The notes: generated by a model from the letters alone, not told the origin. 64,000 nt of DNA from the human T2T-CHM13v2.0 reference genome, Homo sapiens (GCF_009914755.1 NC_060925.1); one strand, 5' to 3'; positions 27,227 to 41,000 are shown, counted from the first letter of the stretch. Numbers and translations: made by a program.

Positions 27227-27436
27227 CAAGCTTGTCCAACTCATCTTATTTTGTTGTTGTTCTGTTTTGTTTTGTTTTGTTTTGTTTTGTTTTAGGCTCT
27301 TAGCAGCCTGAAGCCATGGCTTTTAGTTTCTGCCTCTAGTGATAAGTGGAAAAGAGGGATGAGGAAGGGGCTTTACTGGCCCAATCAGAAACAGAAACTA
27401 AGAATCCATTACTGTATTCTCTCCCTTGGATACCCC
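27227..27436 (-). mobile_element. MER30B/MER107-type hAT-Charlie MITE with internal (TTTTG)n
   Basis: MER30-type termini caagcttgtccaac ... ttggatacccc; left flank gtttaaat fits the Charlie target consensus NTYTARAN. Confidence 0.8.
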
Positions 27437-27646
27437 AAATCCATCATGAACTCACTCCCACCCTGGTTCAGAGCCCAGCATCAGAGAAGATTGACTGAGG
27501 TCCAGGCCACTCACACACAAGTTCTGCCTTGTCTTGCCTTTCTTGTTCCTTTTTATTCCATTGAGCTCATCAAAGCCCACAGAATAGTATAACTGGCAGA
27601 GTTTAGCCCTGCTCACCTTGCTCTACCCATCACACAACTAGATAGA

Positions 27647-27905
27647 AATAATAGTAGTCGTGACATAAACAAACACAAGAAGCATTCACTATGGCCAAGC
27701 ACTATTCTAAGGTTTTAAAGATAGCAACTCATTTAATCTGCACCACAACCCCGTAAAGTAGATACCATTATTATCATCCCCATTTTATGGTTGAGGAATT
27801 GAGGTTCAGAGAGCTTACATAGCTTTCCCAAGTTCATGCGAAGCCAGGACTCATGCCGGCTCACATGAGGCAGGGACCCTTGGTCTGTTTAGTCACCATT
27901 CAGTG
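27647..27905 (-). mobile_element. MIR SINE
   Basis: aactcatttaatctgcaccacaacccc...atccccattttatggttgaggaattgaggttcagagag. Confidence 0.85.
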
Positions 27906-28389
27906 GTTTTTGACTTCTCCCCCTCAGAATATAAAGCTATTGCCTAGAATTCAAAAGCTAATAGCAGCAGCCAACACGCTTAGAACCTTCCTCCTAAGTC
28001 TGCTGGGCCAGACAGAAACTAAACAAAATACTGTAATCACAGAGGTGAAAAAAAAGAGTCCCTTTGACTTTATCTCAAAAACGTTTTCTGACCACCTGCC
28101 CTGTATGGCAGGTGTTGCAGGAAAGTCAGGGATGGATAAAAACAGGGCACTGTTTTCATGCAACTTAGAACAGAATAGGGGAAAATGGAAGAATGAAATA
28201 TGTGTTGAGTATTAATACAAGTTGCAGGAAAGGCTTTTTATCTTTTTAAGGAGTAGGCACAGTACAATCATCAAACTGCAGTGAAGCAGAGACTCCTGGG
28301 CCTCCCACAGACATCCCTTTCACTCACCCCTGCCCTCAACATCAGACCCTCAGCTGAGGCTGTAATTATCAAGGGAAGGGGAAAGGAAT

Positions 28390-28590
28390 GCATACTGGTT
28401 GATGATCTCATCGGTGCTTACAAGGATGCTAGCAGGAAGCCAGTATGAACCCCAGTTTACAGATATAGTTTCTGAGGCTCAGAGAGGTTCAATAATTTGC
28501 CTTAAAAACATAAAACTAGTATGCTGCAAATACAGGAATTGAAACCTGGTCTGGCCCCAGAGTGGATGCACCTCCTACTGCACCACACTC
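28390..28590 (-). mobile_element. MIR SINE
   Basis: ccccagtttacagat...ctgaggctcagagaggtt...ggaattgaaacctggtctgg. Confidence 0.7.
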
Positions 28591-29734
28591 CCTCCCTCCA
28601 CTAAATTGATTGCTGAGACTCATCTCCCAACAAAGCCTTTATCCATGGGTCCCGTTTGGTGAGTGATTGATGAGCATTTCTGAGCGATGCCAGCCCCTCC
28701 TCTAGGCCTGGCCTGGCTGCTTTGCCATTCCAGAACAAACCCACGTTTGATCTACGAGGCTACTTTCTTGCCATGAAAGGATGTGTCTCCCAAGTGACCT
28801 CTTCCTTGGTAGTTGGAGAGAAAGTGTGATAAAAAGCAAAAGCCGTGTCCTTTGAAGATAATTCATACATTGGCCAGTAGATAAGATAAAGTAGCTGGAA
28901 ATCCAGCACAAGCTACAAACAACTCCACATTAAAGGCATCTGTGTTTAATAAAACTGATAAATCAAATGCTGTTAGGTGGCGTCTCCTGGCTATGTTTTA
29001 GGCCCATAATTGGTGCATGCGGATGATACAAGAATACAAGGCACTGAGCCAGCAGAGAGACTGCTAACCTCTGACGAGCCCCTCAAGTACTTCCAGGATT
29101 CTCTCCATGATTTGTTTGGAGAAGTTTCTCCAAATAGAGTCCCTTTCCTAGAAAAGTGCCAGGCTATCAATTTACATACTTAAATGGGGAGTGCGTCCTC
29201 TCTCTGGGTATCTTCAAGGACAACAAAAACACCAGAGAGGAAGGTAAAGGAAAGGTAGGAATGGGGAAAAAATGTAAGTACAGCATATTGATTTATTGTG
29301 CATTTCATATGTGCACTTTACATGCATTTTCTAATTTTCTCGTCATAATCCTGTAAGAGAGGTGGCATCATCCTCCTGTTGCAGGTGACAAAATATATGC
29401 CAGTTAAATGACTTGTCCAGTAGCAGAACTGATTGACTCCAAAGCAGGAGGAGAAAAAGCTAGAGCAGCTTGAAGTAGTCACTGTTGAGAAGATAGGACT
29501 AGGAAAACAGCTCCTCTAAACTTTAGGCTGGTCTAAGATTATTATTTAAAGATTGGAAACCTATTCGCATTAGGTAAGAGAACAAAAGTTATGGGTTTAG
29601 GTACAGAAGGAGAAATTGATATTAGGTATCTCTGAGGGCCAGGGGACCTAATAGGAAGTGGTGGAAATTTTTTGCCTGGAAAGAGCCTACATCCACCAGA
29701 TAGTCTGGTGCAGTCATGTTGTAGAAAGGACATT

Positions 29735-29940
29735 AGATAAGGTCCATGCCCAGGCACTGGCTCTTACAAGCAGCCTGACTTTCAGCATGCTGCAACCTCT
29801 CTGACCTTCAATTTGCTTTGTAAAATGGAGACAGTAATAACTAATTTGAAGTATTTGTGGAAAGCAATAAATGAAATGATGTATGTAAAATGCTTGGTAA
29901 ACACTAAAGTGCTATCAAGCATGGGGACTGTTATTATTCC
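29735..29940 (+). mobile_element. MIR SINE
   Basis: aacctctctgaccttc...tgtaaaatggagacagtaata...aaatgaaatgatgtatgtaaaatgctt. Confidence 0.75.
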
Positions 29941-30212
29941 ACCTTTCTGGAATTTTTATACAAAATACAGCACAGAAACAGAGGAATGGACTAAATGACT
30001 TACTGTGGCTCCTTTTTTGACAACAGAAGTAGATTTTTGACAAGAAGTAGAGCTTGGGAGTGAAGTCAAGCTCTCTTTAGGGATGATCAGCTTTATAGTT
30101 TTCAGAAAAACCTCAGCCCAAAATAAAGATTCCTTATGACTCCCCCTCCCCAGCAAAAGGTTTCAGTGGCATAGTCAGCCCCATCTCTACCAGAGTTAAA
30201 GTGCCGTGGATC

Positions 30213-30224
30213 AGGTCAAGGTCA
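30213..30224 (+). promoter_or_regulatory. Perfect nuclear-receptor DR0 element (contains TCAAGGTCA)
   Basis: AGGTCAAGGTCA, overlapped at its 3' end by E-box CAGCTG, outside recognisable repeats. Confidence 0.45.
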
Positions 30225-32319
30225 GCTGCCTCCTGCCAGGAAGAAAGACAATTAGGATGAGGAGTGAGTGTTATACCAAAGGGGGTTCATGATTTGGGGC
30301 TAAAAGAAATTGACCTTTTGCTTCAGAGGCTATTTAACTCCAAGAGATTCCAAGCTTTGCTTCCCTTCCAGGGGCCAACTTAAAAAAAAAAAAAAAAACA
30401 AAAACAAAACTGTGGCCTTAATTATCATAACAGAATGATTAGTCAGGGACAGATGGCTTAAGGTCTATTCCCCATTCTCCCTATAGCTTACACGATACAC
30501 ACTAAATTCATCTTTTAATCAATGTTGTAAATAGCTATCTCCTTTCATTAAATGAGAGATAGTATCAATCTTTAATGATCAGTAATATATAATGTCAGTT
30601 TCGTTCCTGTCTGATGTCTATGGGAAGAACTGTGCAAGCTGGTAGAAAGGGATAGGCTCAAAAATGTTAAAAAGCATATAGACATACAAGAATATATAAG
30701 TAGAAATTCATATAGATACACTTAGCATATGAATTAAATGATAAAGCAGTCTGAGATCATATCTGCAGTTTAATAGTGAGAAGCTCCAGCTACTTCATAA
30801 CTACAGCCTTATTCTCTCAAAGCTCATATTGAAAGGCCTTCTGATTTTTAATAGGATAATAGCACTTTGGCCCTTTTGAAAGATGTGGGGTACAATTTTG
30901 ATAAACTTTCCCACACCAGTCACCAAAAATCCTTCATAAGACTAACGAAATCACCAAAAGTAACTGCATTTATCGAGGAAGAACCTCGCAGGTTAAAGGC
31001 TAAGTCAGCATCAGCCTGGTACAGGAAAGTTGTTCTTGAATGGGAGACTTTAGCTCAGGCCACAGAGGCACTACCGGACGGTTTTCTTCTTACACAGCTG
31101 CTGAGCTTTTTGGAGAACCTTTGAAGTCGGCAGTGGTGGACTAACTCAGCCATCCCCTTTCACACTGCAGTCATTGTTGAGGGCCTACTGATGCAGAGAC
31201 TATGTTCAGTATGTAATGGCAAATACCACTTTACCCCCGACTTTCCCTCAAGGAGCTTACTGTCAAGATGAGAAGACAGGGCAATGCTTCAAGTCACAAG
31301 TGGTGACCCTAGTTTGCCTGACCTTCATCAATAGATAGGTGGGATGACACAGAGTCACTTGGACCTAAGGATGTCCTGAAAAGGCCCAGTGAGAATTCAT
31401 CAAGCCTCCGGTGTGTACTCATTTTTTGTTAGTGTTGGGCAAATGGACTGTTTGCAGAACATTATCTTAAAGCCAATTAACATCTTAGTGGTCAAAGGAA
31501 TTTTCCATTTGCCTCTTGGATATCCAATCCCAGTCCTCGCAAGAGGAAATTTCAATGCCTACAAAAGCATAATGTTCAATATAGCACTGGAATTTAAACC
31601 TGAACTTCACTGTCAAAATGTAATATTGTCATCCTTTGCATTGCGGAATTATTTCTACTTTATAAAGAGTGTTCTATTTGGAGACTATCTCATCTTCATA
31701 GAATTTAGCCATAGAATCAATTTCCAAATATAATTTATTAACCTCAATTTACACATGAAGTAACTGAGGTCCAGAAAAGTTGTTCAAGACCACACAAAAA
31801 TGGTGAGCAGAGGCAGGCCTCAGACCCAGGGCCCTCCAACTCCCTATCCAGGCAGGGATATGAATGTGTCAACTGCAGTCATCTGACATCAAGGTAAGAG
31901 GATGTGATTAATGGCTGTTTGCCAAGTATCCACAGATCCTAGGAGAAAAACACATTATACAAGTGCAACATATTAAGCTAATTAGTACAAGGGAAATTCC
32001 TTGAAGATGGCATTTCAATCAGAAGCTCTCTTTAGAGGTTCCCCAAACAGTAGGTAGCTCTGTAAAGCCAGTTTTTCCCGTGGTGCAGAAATCATAACCA
32101 CAGTTTGGTCATGCATCTCGCTCAACACAGAGACCTGAATAGAATAAGAAACTGCTTTCAACTCACAGCGAGATGGGTTAGAGACTGAACATTTGCCCTA
32201 AACCTGCTTCACTGTAAATAAAACCAAGCTTTAACTCCAACTAAGGCTGGGTACTCTGGACAGGGGAGATAATGTAGAAATAATTGACGGTGATTTCCAG
32301 GAGAGATGGGGGCAAATAA

Positions 32320-32540
32320 AGGAATGTTTGTTGAATACCTACTGTGTGCTAGGCATTTTGCATGGATCCTAGCACTTCGTACTCACCACATCTTATGAGG
32401 AAAGGACGATTGTATTCTTCTAAAGGATGAGGTGGTCTTGCAGAGGTTAACAAATGTGCTCTAGGTCACATAGGCAGTAAGTAGCAGGCTCCCAACCTGC
32501 ATCCAAGTACATCTGACCAAAAGCCCACGTTTTTCCCATT
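32320..32540 (-). mobile_element. MIR SINE
   Basis: ttgaatacctactgtgtgctaggca...cagaggttaacaaatgtgctctaggtcacataggcagtaagtagca. Confidence 0.75.
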
Positions 32541-32636
32541 CTCAAGTCTAAGACAAGCCAGTCATTGAGATGATGCTGAGAAAGAACAGAGTCACATCTT
32601 AGAGAGAAATTTACCTCTGGCCATAATTTTCCACAG

Positions 32637-32816
32637 TAGGACCAGCTATATAACATATATGGAGCCCAGTACAAAGTAAATATGAAGGACTCCTTGTTCA
32701 AGAAGTATTAAGAATTTCAAGACAGTGACAGCAGAATATGAAATCAAAGATAGGGACCTGCTGAACACCAGGCAACGTACAACTGCACAGATTGTATGGC
32801 TATGAAGCTGGCGCTG
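32637..32816 (-). mobile_element. MER45A hAT-Tip100 MITE, full length
   Basis: About 180 bp: aggaccagctata...ccttgttcaagaagtattaagaatttcaagacagtgacagcaga...atgaagctggcgctg; degenerate 8-bp TSD ttccacag/caccactg. Confidence 0.85.
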
Positions 32817-32948
32817 CACCACTGAATCTGAAGGAATGAACAAGTGAGAAGGCAAGAGTCTTGGAGTTGGGGATGAATCTGGAAATTCATCCTCTGAAAC
32901 AACTTCTGTGTGGTCCACAAGAGCCTCATATCTCACCAAGGACCTATT

Positions 32949-33003
32949 CACACACGTGTGAGCACGCGCGCGCGAGCGCACACACACATACAGGCACACG
33001 CGC
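32949..33003. repeat. Mixed (CA)/(CG) alternating purine-pyrimidine tract
   Basis: cacacacgtgtgagcacgcgcgcgcgagcgcacacacacatacaggcacacgcgc. Confidence 0.85.
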
Positions 33004-33298
33004 TGCCTAGGGGAACTCACAGATCAAGACTGATAAAAATTACACGGCAAGGCCCTGGGGGCAATTGGAATCCTTTTTCTAATCTCGGGAAAATTCGAAA
33101 TAGCATCCCGGTGACACAGCGAATGAGAGAACATCACCCCTATTGCAGCTGTCACTTGTATCTGCAATCTGGTGAATTATAGAGATTAGCCACGTCCAAG
33201 AATTACTGCACTTTTTGCATGGTTCTGTGCATGGCCCTTCTTAAGGTGGAATTGCTCAGGTTTGTACTCAGCCTCTGGAGAAGACTTAGGAAGTTCCG

Positions 33299-33317
33299 TG
33301 CTGCCACCTAGTGTTCA
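33299..33317 (-). promoter_or_regulatory. CTCF core motif
   Basis: Minus strand TGAACACTAGGTGGCAGCA, 18/19 match to YGRCCASYAGRKGGCRSYR. Confidence 0.55.
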
Positions 33318-33859
33318 GAAGCAGGTGCAGGAGAAACCGCTGAAGGCCTCACTACTTCTGTAGGGGCTGGAGCCTTCCCAGAAGCCACGTAGAAGAACGC
33401 TGCAAAGCTTTCCTGGGCCTCAGGCAAGCTTATTTTAGAGGTCGCATCCTGCATTACTTCAAAGACACTAAAATGCACCCACATCCCACACTAAATAAAT
33501 TTACATGTAGCTAAGAGTTGAGTTGCTTTTGAGTTAGTTGGCATGTTTTGTAGACAGTAGTTAAACATTGGTTTTCTTTTTGAATTATGGAGCCAATGTG
33601 AGGGTTTTTTGTTGTTGTTGTGGGGAGGAGGGCTTTTTCATATTTTCCTAAGAAAAATATTTGAAAAGCTCCTCGGCCCTAAGCTTGGTGCCTTTACTGG
33701 CCGCTACAGTAAGTAGACAGGAAAGCAGAGGAAGGCCATAGAAGAGAAAACATTGGCGATATTTGCATCTGGTTGCCTCTGGGGATCAGTCCACTACAAG
33801 CACTAGTCTTTAGTTATGTCCATGTAAAGTTGCAGCCTTGGGCTGCTGAATTTATGTAG

Positions 33860-34228
<369 letters not shown>

Positions 34229-36254
34229 CCAAGATTTTATTTTAAAATAACAAAAACAAGAAACTCCTGGTCAGGTGTGCTGCCTAATGCAATTCCCAGA
34301 AAAGGCCCCTGTCCTCCCACAGCTCTGTGAGCTGCTGACAGGCAAGAAGCCAATGACAAGTTTCATGTCCTTCCTTCCCTGAATCCCTCCAGGGAATGAA
34401 GAGAAGAGGGTGTGGAGAATGACTTTTAATTACATCAGACCATAAATGCTGAAACCCCTTGCACAGCTCTTGGAACAGAGACACAACATGCAAATGTTAA
34501 TCCCCTGCTTCTCCCGCCTGGATTGTGCCTCTGCTTAGCAGGGACGGGCAACTCCTTGGTATACGAGCACAGAGGCAAAACCAGGAGGTGCAAACATAAC
34601 CAGCTTCATTTAAATGAGGACAAACTGGAGCAGGAAAAGAACCGGCAAATTCATGTTGGAAGAAGCTAGAGCGGGCATAGCTAGCAGCCTGCTCTCTCGC
34701 ACAGCTGAAGGAAATCTATGTGGATCACCTTGTTACTTATGGATGGGTTTTATAATCCTGCACCTTTGTGGATTTAAGATTTCTGTAGATTTAGGGCAGG
34801 GTTTTATTCTACCAATTAGTCTTTCTTTTCCTCCCTCCCATTATGTGTTCTTCAAGCTCTTTAATTTTATCTTCAACTGCACTGGCCGAGACCGTTTCCC
34901 CCATTAACTATTTGTGATCACAGTTTACTGCAAGCCTGCTTGACCCAGCTTATATCTAAGGATTATGGGGTCATGTGATTCAGAGTTGGGAGAGAATAGA
35001 ATCCAACTCCCTCCAGAGCCAGAGTCTTCTTCCCAAGGCTCTTTCAGACCCTGCCTCAGTTCTACTTCTTCAACAAGGAGGTTGTCACTTTCTGAGGAAG
35101 GCTGCTTCCTTTCAGTGGTAAAGAAGCACATCTGCAAGAAAGTTCTTTCTTCTCCTATCCCTTTAAGATTTAAACCAAGATGAGTGAGTGATGCTGTGTT
35201 TGGGAGTAGGCATTTGACTCCTTTCTGACACCACTGGGAGCCCCACACGGCCTTGGGCCTTGGCGGATTCCACAGGGAACTGACAACATTCTTTGGAGAG
35301 ACACTGAAACAACCAGCCCCACTCTATCCTCTCGAAATGCCTCCAAGGATCCCAGACTTTTGTGAAAGGAGGTAGTCGAAGGACTCTAGGGACGCTTGAG
35401 CCTAGAAGACGATGAACAACCTCTTTCTTACACTTGAGTCAGGGCTCAGTTCTGCTCTGAGATCCTGCAACTCTTCTTTGTAGACACCAGCCAATGGCAC
35501 TCTTGAAATTTTTGAAAACAGGATCCTACAGAGACTTGTGTGTATATCTCCACAGACCAAGTATTAAACTACCACTTCAGCGCCATGGTTCTTTGTGATT
35601 TTAAATGTGGGTGAGTGGGTGTCCAAGTGCTGAAACCTCAATTCTAGGCTTCTGAAATCTAGAAGGAATAACCATCTGAGTGTGAAGGAAAGAACACAAT
35701 TTCTTTAAACTCTACACCAGCTGCACAAAAAGAGAGAAGAAAACTAGAAAATTAGCCCTGAGTTTCTGCATCAGGTGGAAGGTCAGCTTCAGAGAGTAGA
35801 CTGTAGCTCCTGGAATTTGATCCTTCTATTCAAAAGCAAGTGACTGTGGGCTGAGTAGCTCCTGGGCTTGGTGCTACTCAAGGGATATAGGAATGCGCAA
35901 GGTAAGCACAGATCCCTAGCATTCCCAAGTTTAAAGAGAAGGAAACAATTAAACAACTAAAAATAGTCTCGAAACCAACTTTACGGAGTAGTGATTCTTC
36001 ATAAGGAGGATCTCTTAGCCTACTGCTGATTGTGCACATTCCCCAACTTTAACTATGGCCTAAGAAAGATTGTCCCTAAACCAAAAGCTCTTCCATGTCC
36101 TACTCCTCCTCCACCCAGCAGAGCCCGATAGAGGGCGGTGATTTTACAGGCCTGAGAAACGTGTTGTGCTCATTTTCTACTGCTGCTGTAACAAATTGCC
36201 ACAAATTTAGTCATACAAATTTATTCCCTTACAGTTCTTAGGTCAGAAGTCTCA

Positions 36255-36753
<499 letters not shown>

Positions 36754-37117
36754 ACCATGGAATACAATACAGTCATAAAAAAAGGATGAGTTCATGTCCT
36801 TTGCAGGGACGTGGATGAAGCTGGAAACCATCATTCTCAGCAAACTAACACAAGAACAGAAAACCAAACACCGCATGTTCTCACTCATAAGTGGTTGTTG
36901 AACAATAAGAACACACAGACACAGGGAGGGCAACATCACACACCCACGCCTGTCCAGGTGTGGGGGGCTAGGGGAGGGATAGCATTAGGAGAAATACCTA
37001 ATGTAGATGACGGGTTGATGGGTGCAGGAAACCACCATGGCATTTTTATACCTATGTAACAAACCTGCACATTCTGCCAATGTACCCTAGACCATAAAGT
37101 ATTTTAAAAAAAGAAGA
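36754..37117 (+). mobile_element. L1PA7-like: sense 3' end of the same insertion
   Basis: accatggaatac...aatgtagatgacgggttgatgggtgcag...; shared TSD AGAAGTCTCACTGGG (36245-36259) / AGATGTCTCACTGGG (37118-37132). Confidence 0.95.
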
Positions 37118-37514
37118 AGATGTCTCACTGGGCTAAAATCAAGGTGTCAGCAGGGCTGTGTTGCATTCTGGAGGCTCTAGGGGAGAATTTGCTTCTTAGC
37201 TATTTTTAGCTGCTTAAAGCTCCCTGCATTCCTAGGCTGGTGGCCTCTCCCTCCATCTTCAAAATTAGCAGTGTAACATCTAGCAGTGTAAATCTCTATG
37301 ACTCTGACCCTCCTAACTTCTTCTTATAAGGACCACTGTGATTACACTGGGCCCACCCAGATAAACCAGGATCATCTCTCCATCTCAGGCTCTTTAACTT
37401 AACTACATTTTCAAAGCTCCTTTTGCCATATCACCTCACATATTCACAGGTTTTAGGAATTAAGGTGAGGACATTTTGGAGAAGGGGCCATTAGTCTGCC
37501 TACTACGTGTGTCA

Positions 37515-38375
37515 TTTGTTTTTTAAAACAAATAATCCATGTTCACTATAGAAAAATTAGAAGACACAGAAAAGTTTAAAATTACAGACTACAGAAAATA
37601 ACCACCTTCAAAATAGCTCCACTTTGTTCGTTAAAAAAGAAAACCTGACTAAATATTCTCACTTTATAATATAATATGATCATCCTTCCACATCAATAGA
37701 TATAACCCTATGTATCAGCATTTTAATGACTGTACAATGTTCTACTATGATATTGTACTATAATTTTTGAACATGTAGGTTTACAGTTTCCTGTACACTC
37801 AAATAATGCTGTTATCAACAATCCTGCTTATGCATATTTGTACATTTGTCTGATATCTTCTGAAAGTGAGTTTCCAGAAACGTACTGGCTATGCCAGTAG
37901 CTGTGGCTCCTTTTAAGGCTTTCAATATCAATGGCCAAAGTTCCCTGCAGAAAGCTTGAGCCAATTCACAGACTCTTCTTCAGAGCTGGGGACTACTACA
38001 CCAGGAGCTCAGAACCCTGGACAGAATCAAACGTTCAGTACTTTACCAAATTGATAGATAATTGAAATTCCATCTTTGTTTTAATTTGTATTTCTTTGAT
38101 AGACAGTAAGGTTGGACATTTTTCATATATTTATTTTCTACTTATAGTTCTTCTCTCACCACTTTATGTCCTCTCTATATTAAAGTGCTTATATTTTTCT
38201 TCATTTTTAATAAATCTGTATGTTAACCCTCTGTCATACTTTCTACAAACAATTTTCTCACCTTGGCATTTTTAAATTTTTTATTGAGTTTTTATTGCAT
38301 GGGGTTTCTATTTTTCTTGTAGTTAAGTCTGTCGATCTTTTTATTTAAAGTGTCTGCCTTGAGTTTCATGCTTAG
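37515..38375 (-). mobile_element. L1ME-type 3' region relic
   Basis: catgttcactatagaaaaattaga...ttttaatgactgtaca...aataatgctgttatcaaca...gttttaatttgtatttctttgat. Confidence 0.75.
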
Positions 38376-39544
38376 TATCATGGCATCACAGTATCATGAG
38401 CCTCACTCAATTTAATATTATAGAAACAATCTCTGCTGGGGTTAGTCATCCATCTTGATTGTTTTGCCCAAAATATATGTTGGTCCATTTGCTACAAGGA
38501 TTCTGTGAAAGCAGCCACTTGAAACATGAAGATGCAACTCCCTGTGAGGTTGACAACAGGTTCTAAATAACAAGCATATCGTGTGGTTATGTGCAAAGCC
38601 TTAGCAGCGGTGTCTTTAATTGGGGTTATGAGCGAGGTCCTAATTCATTGTGCTTTTTAAATGGAGTAAGGAACCTTCAGAGAGAAAGAACCTACCACCT
38701 CTTTCTATTCAATTGTGATAAATATGACCCAGCTTGTGCTTTTCATGGTGGAACAGTTTATTTTAATTTTCCATGTCATTTATTTCCCCAGCTCTTTGGA
38801 TCACTGAGGTGTGGGCAGAGATTCTATGAGATGAGGTCCAGGCCCATGGAGTTCTTGGCTCTGGCTGTGCCGCTCTAGGCTAAGGCCAATAGGGATCGGG
38901 GGAGTGAAGGGTTTAGGAAAGTAGAACTTAAAGAAGTAACTGCAAATGACCTGTGGACTACTGCCCACTGCTCGGGGGGAGACATTTCTTTGTTCTTGTC
39001 TCACCTGGAGGGGTAGCTGTGGACTTACTCTGCACGTGTTTTCTGCTGAGTCTGGGCTGGTGAAGGAAAACCAGGCTGGCATGGAGGGGACCCTGCTTAC
39101 CAAACAGGTTTTGCCGCACTGCAAAAACCTAGATTTAGAAATGAAAGTACTTCTATTTTCCTAAAAGTCTGAGTCCCAGAACTTTCCATTGAATAGAAGA
39201 ATTATATACAGAATTAACTTCCTCCCTGCCTGGGTCTGCAAATGTGGGAGTAAAGAATCCACTGGGGACCAAGCCCCATTACCAAGGACATCCCTCATTA
39301 AGTAGGAAAGTGGACCTGCTCTTTAGTTCATTTTCCCAACAGGTGGTTATCGAAGGCCTGCTTCTACACCTTTGTTTATGCCGTTCCCTCTGCCCAGCAT
39401 GCCTTCCTATGCACCTACTCCATGAGATCATAATTTTCAAGCTCCAACTCAATATCTGCCTCTAACTTAAAGCCTTACTCAACATTTCTCCAACCTTTCC
39501 ATCTCTTCTCCATCTTCCTCCTCTCAAGCCCACTTATACCAGTA

Positions 39545-39740
39545 TTGTTTAGTGGCTTTGGAAGCAAATGAACTTGGGTTTAAACTGATTATTCCACCTA
39601 ATCCTTGGTACAATTAGAATTTGGGGGATATTGACTTAATAGCTTTGAGCTTCAGCTTCTACATCTAGAAGATGAAAAGACACTACCTTACAGAAGGGTG
39701 TTGCTTTGTGAATTAATTGAGATAATGCATGAGATGAGTA
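39545..39740 (+). mobile_element. MIR SINE
   Basis: ggctttggaagc...ttgggtttaaa...gagcttcagcttctacatct...aattaattgagataatgcatg. Confidence 0.65.
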
Positions 39741-39769
39741 AGAGAAGGTCTCTGACTTCCATGTGCTTA

Positions 39770-40600
39770 TATTAACTGGTTAAAACCATAGCACAAGACA
39801 ATAACACTATCAGAAAAGGGACACAAAATGCTTCAGCAGTACAGAAAAAAAAGAGGTCTTGTCAACCTGGAGTGATCAGGAAAAGTTAATGGAAGCGGGA
39901 GCGTTAAGCCTCTTAAGGGGTAAAGTCTACCAGGTAAAGCTTCTGGGAAGGACAGGGTTGATTGAGGGAACTCTGTAAGCCAAAAGTAAAGAAGCAAAAA
40001 TCAGACTCTGTCCAGAGAAAAGGAAATAGGTTTCAGCAGAACTGTTAACAAAATAGAATTTTGTTTTTAAATTTTAAAGCTTCAGAAACTAAAGATCTCT
40101 AAGCATAAACTGATATCATTAGAATTATTTTGAGAAAGATCAACTTAGTGATTGAATAAAGTTTAGAGGGTATTCACTAACCAGGTAAGAAGGAAATACA
40201 ATCATCCATTTTGAAAAAACAAAACAAAACAAAAACAGACTTAATTCTGGAGCCAATAAAATTACAACAAATTACCCAAATTACAACTTGACTGGATGTG
40301 AGGAAATGGATGGAGGTGTTAAAGAGAACTTGGAGTATGGTGGCATGGTGGGGGCGTTAAAGAAAAATCAACCCTTAGAGAACCACCGTTTGACATGCTG
40401 GGATGGAGATCCCAGGAGAAGAAACAATCCAGTGGGAATTAGAAGCAGTAGAGGTTAGGAAAATGGTTGGCTCACAAGATAAAACTTTGGAGTTTATTCA
40501 CATAAATTAGTCAGTGGGAATTATGTGGATGGATGAGATATCCAAAATATAAAAGAAGACCAGTGACAGAATCTTAAGTAATTTCTACAGTTTAGGGAGC
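39770..40600 (-). mobile_element. L2 relic (fragmented)
   Basis: Purine-rich antisense L2 text (ggagtgatcaggaaaag...tgactggatgtgagg...ggatgagatatcc). Confidence 0.55.
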
Positions 40601-40759
40601 AAGAAAAGGAAGCAAGACCAGGATAACGCAATATCACATCCATATCTGCTTGTGATATTTTTCCTTCATCTGCTATTTTTCCTTCATTCTATGAGGTTCA
40701 CTTCATTTATTTACATTACCATTATTCTTCAAGGTGTAACACAATACTAACATAAAGTA

Positions 40760-40992
40760 ATTATTAATAGTTTGAATTTATTGAGCATGTACTGGGTGCC
40801 AGGCATCACCCAAAGTATGGATATGACCTCTTTCCCATAACCACATGATGCCAGTGCATTAATTATACCCATTCCACAGATGAGAATTCAGATTCAGGGA
40901 GGTTTAATGATTAGCTAAGGTTTAACAGGTAATAAACCAATCCAGGTTGTGTGGCTCCAAAAATCAAATTCTAACTTCTTTGTCACACTGCC
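40760..40992 (-). mobile_element. MIR SINE
   Basis: tttattgagcatgtactgggtgccaggca...attatacccattccacagatgagaa. Confidence 0.8.
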
Positions 40993-41000
40993 TTTAATGA

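Noticed and set aside
30535-30562. Short hairpins (ctatctc...gagatag here; gggagaca...tgtctccc at 24180-24202)
   Set aside because: Too short for miRNA precursors and expected by chance in 64 kb
35577-35594. REST/RE1-like ttcagcgccatgg
   Set aside because: Right half-site (GACAG) is absent
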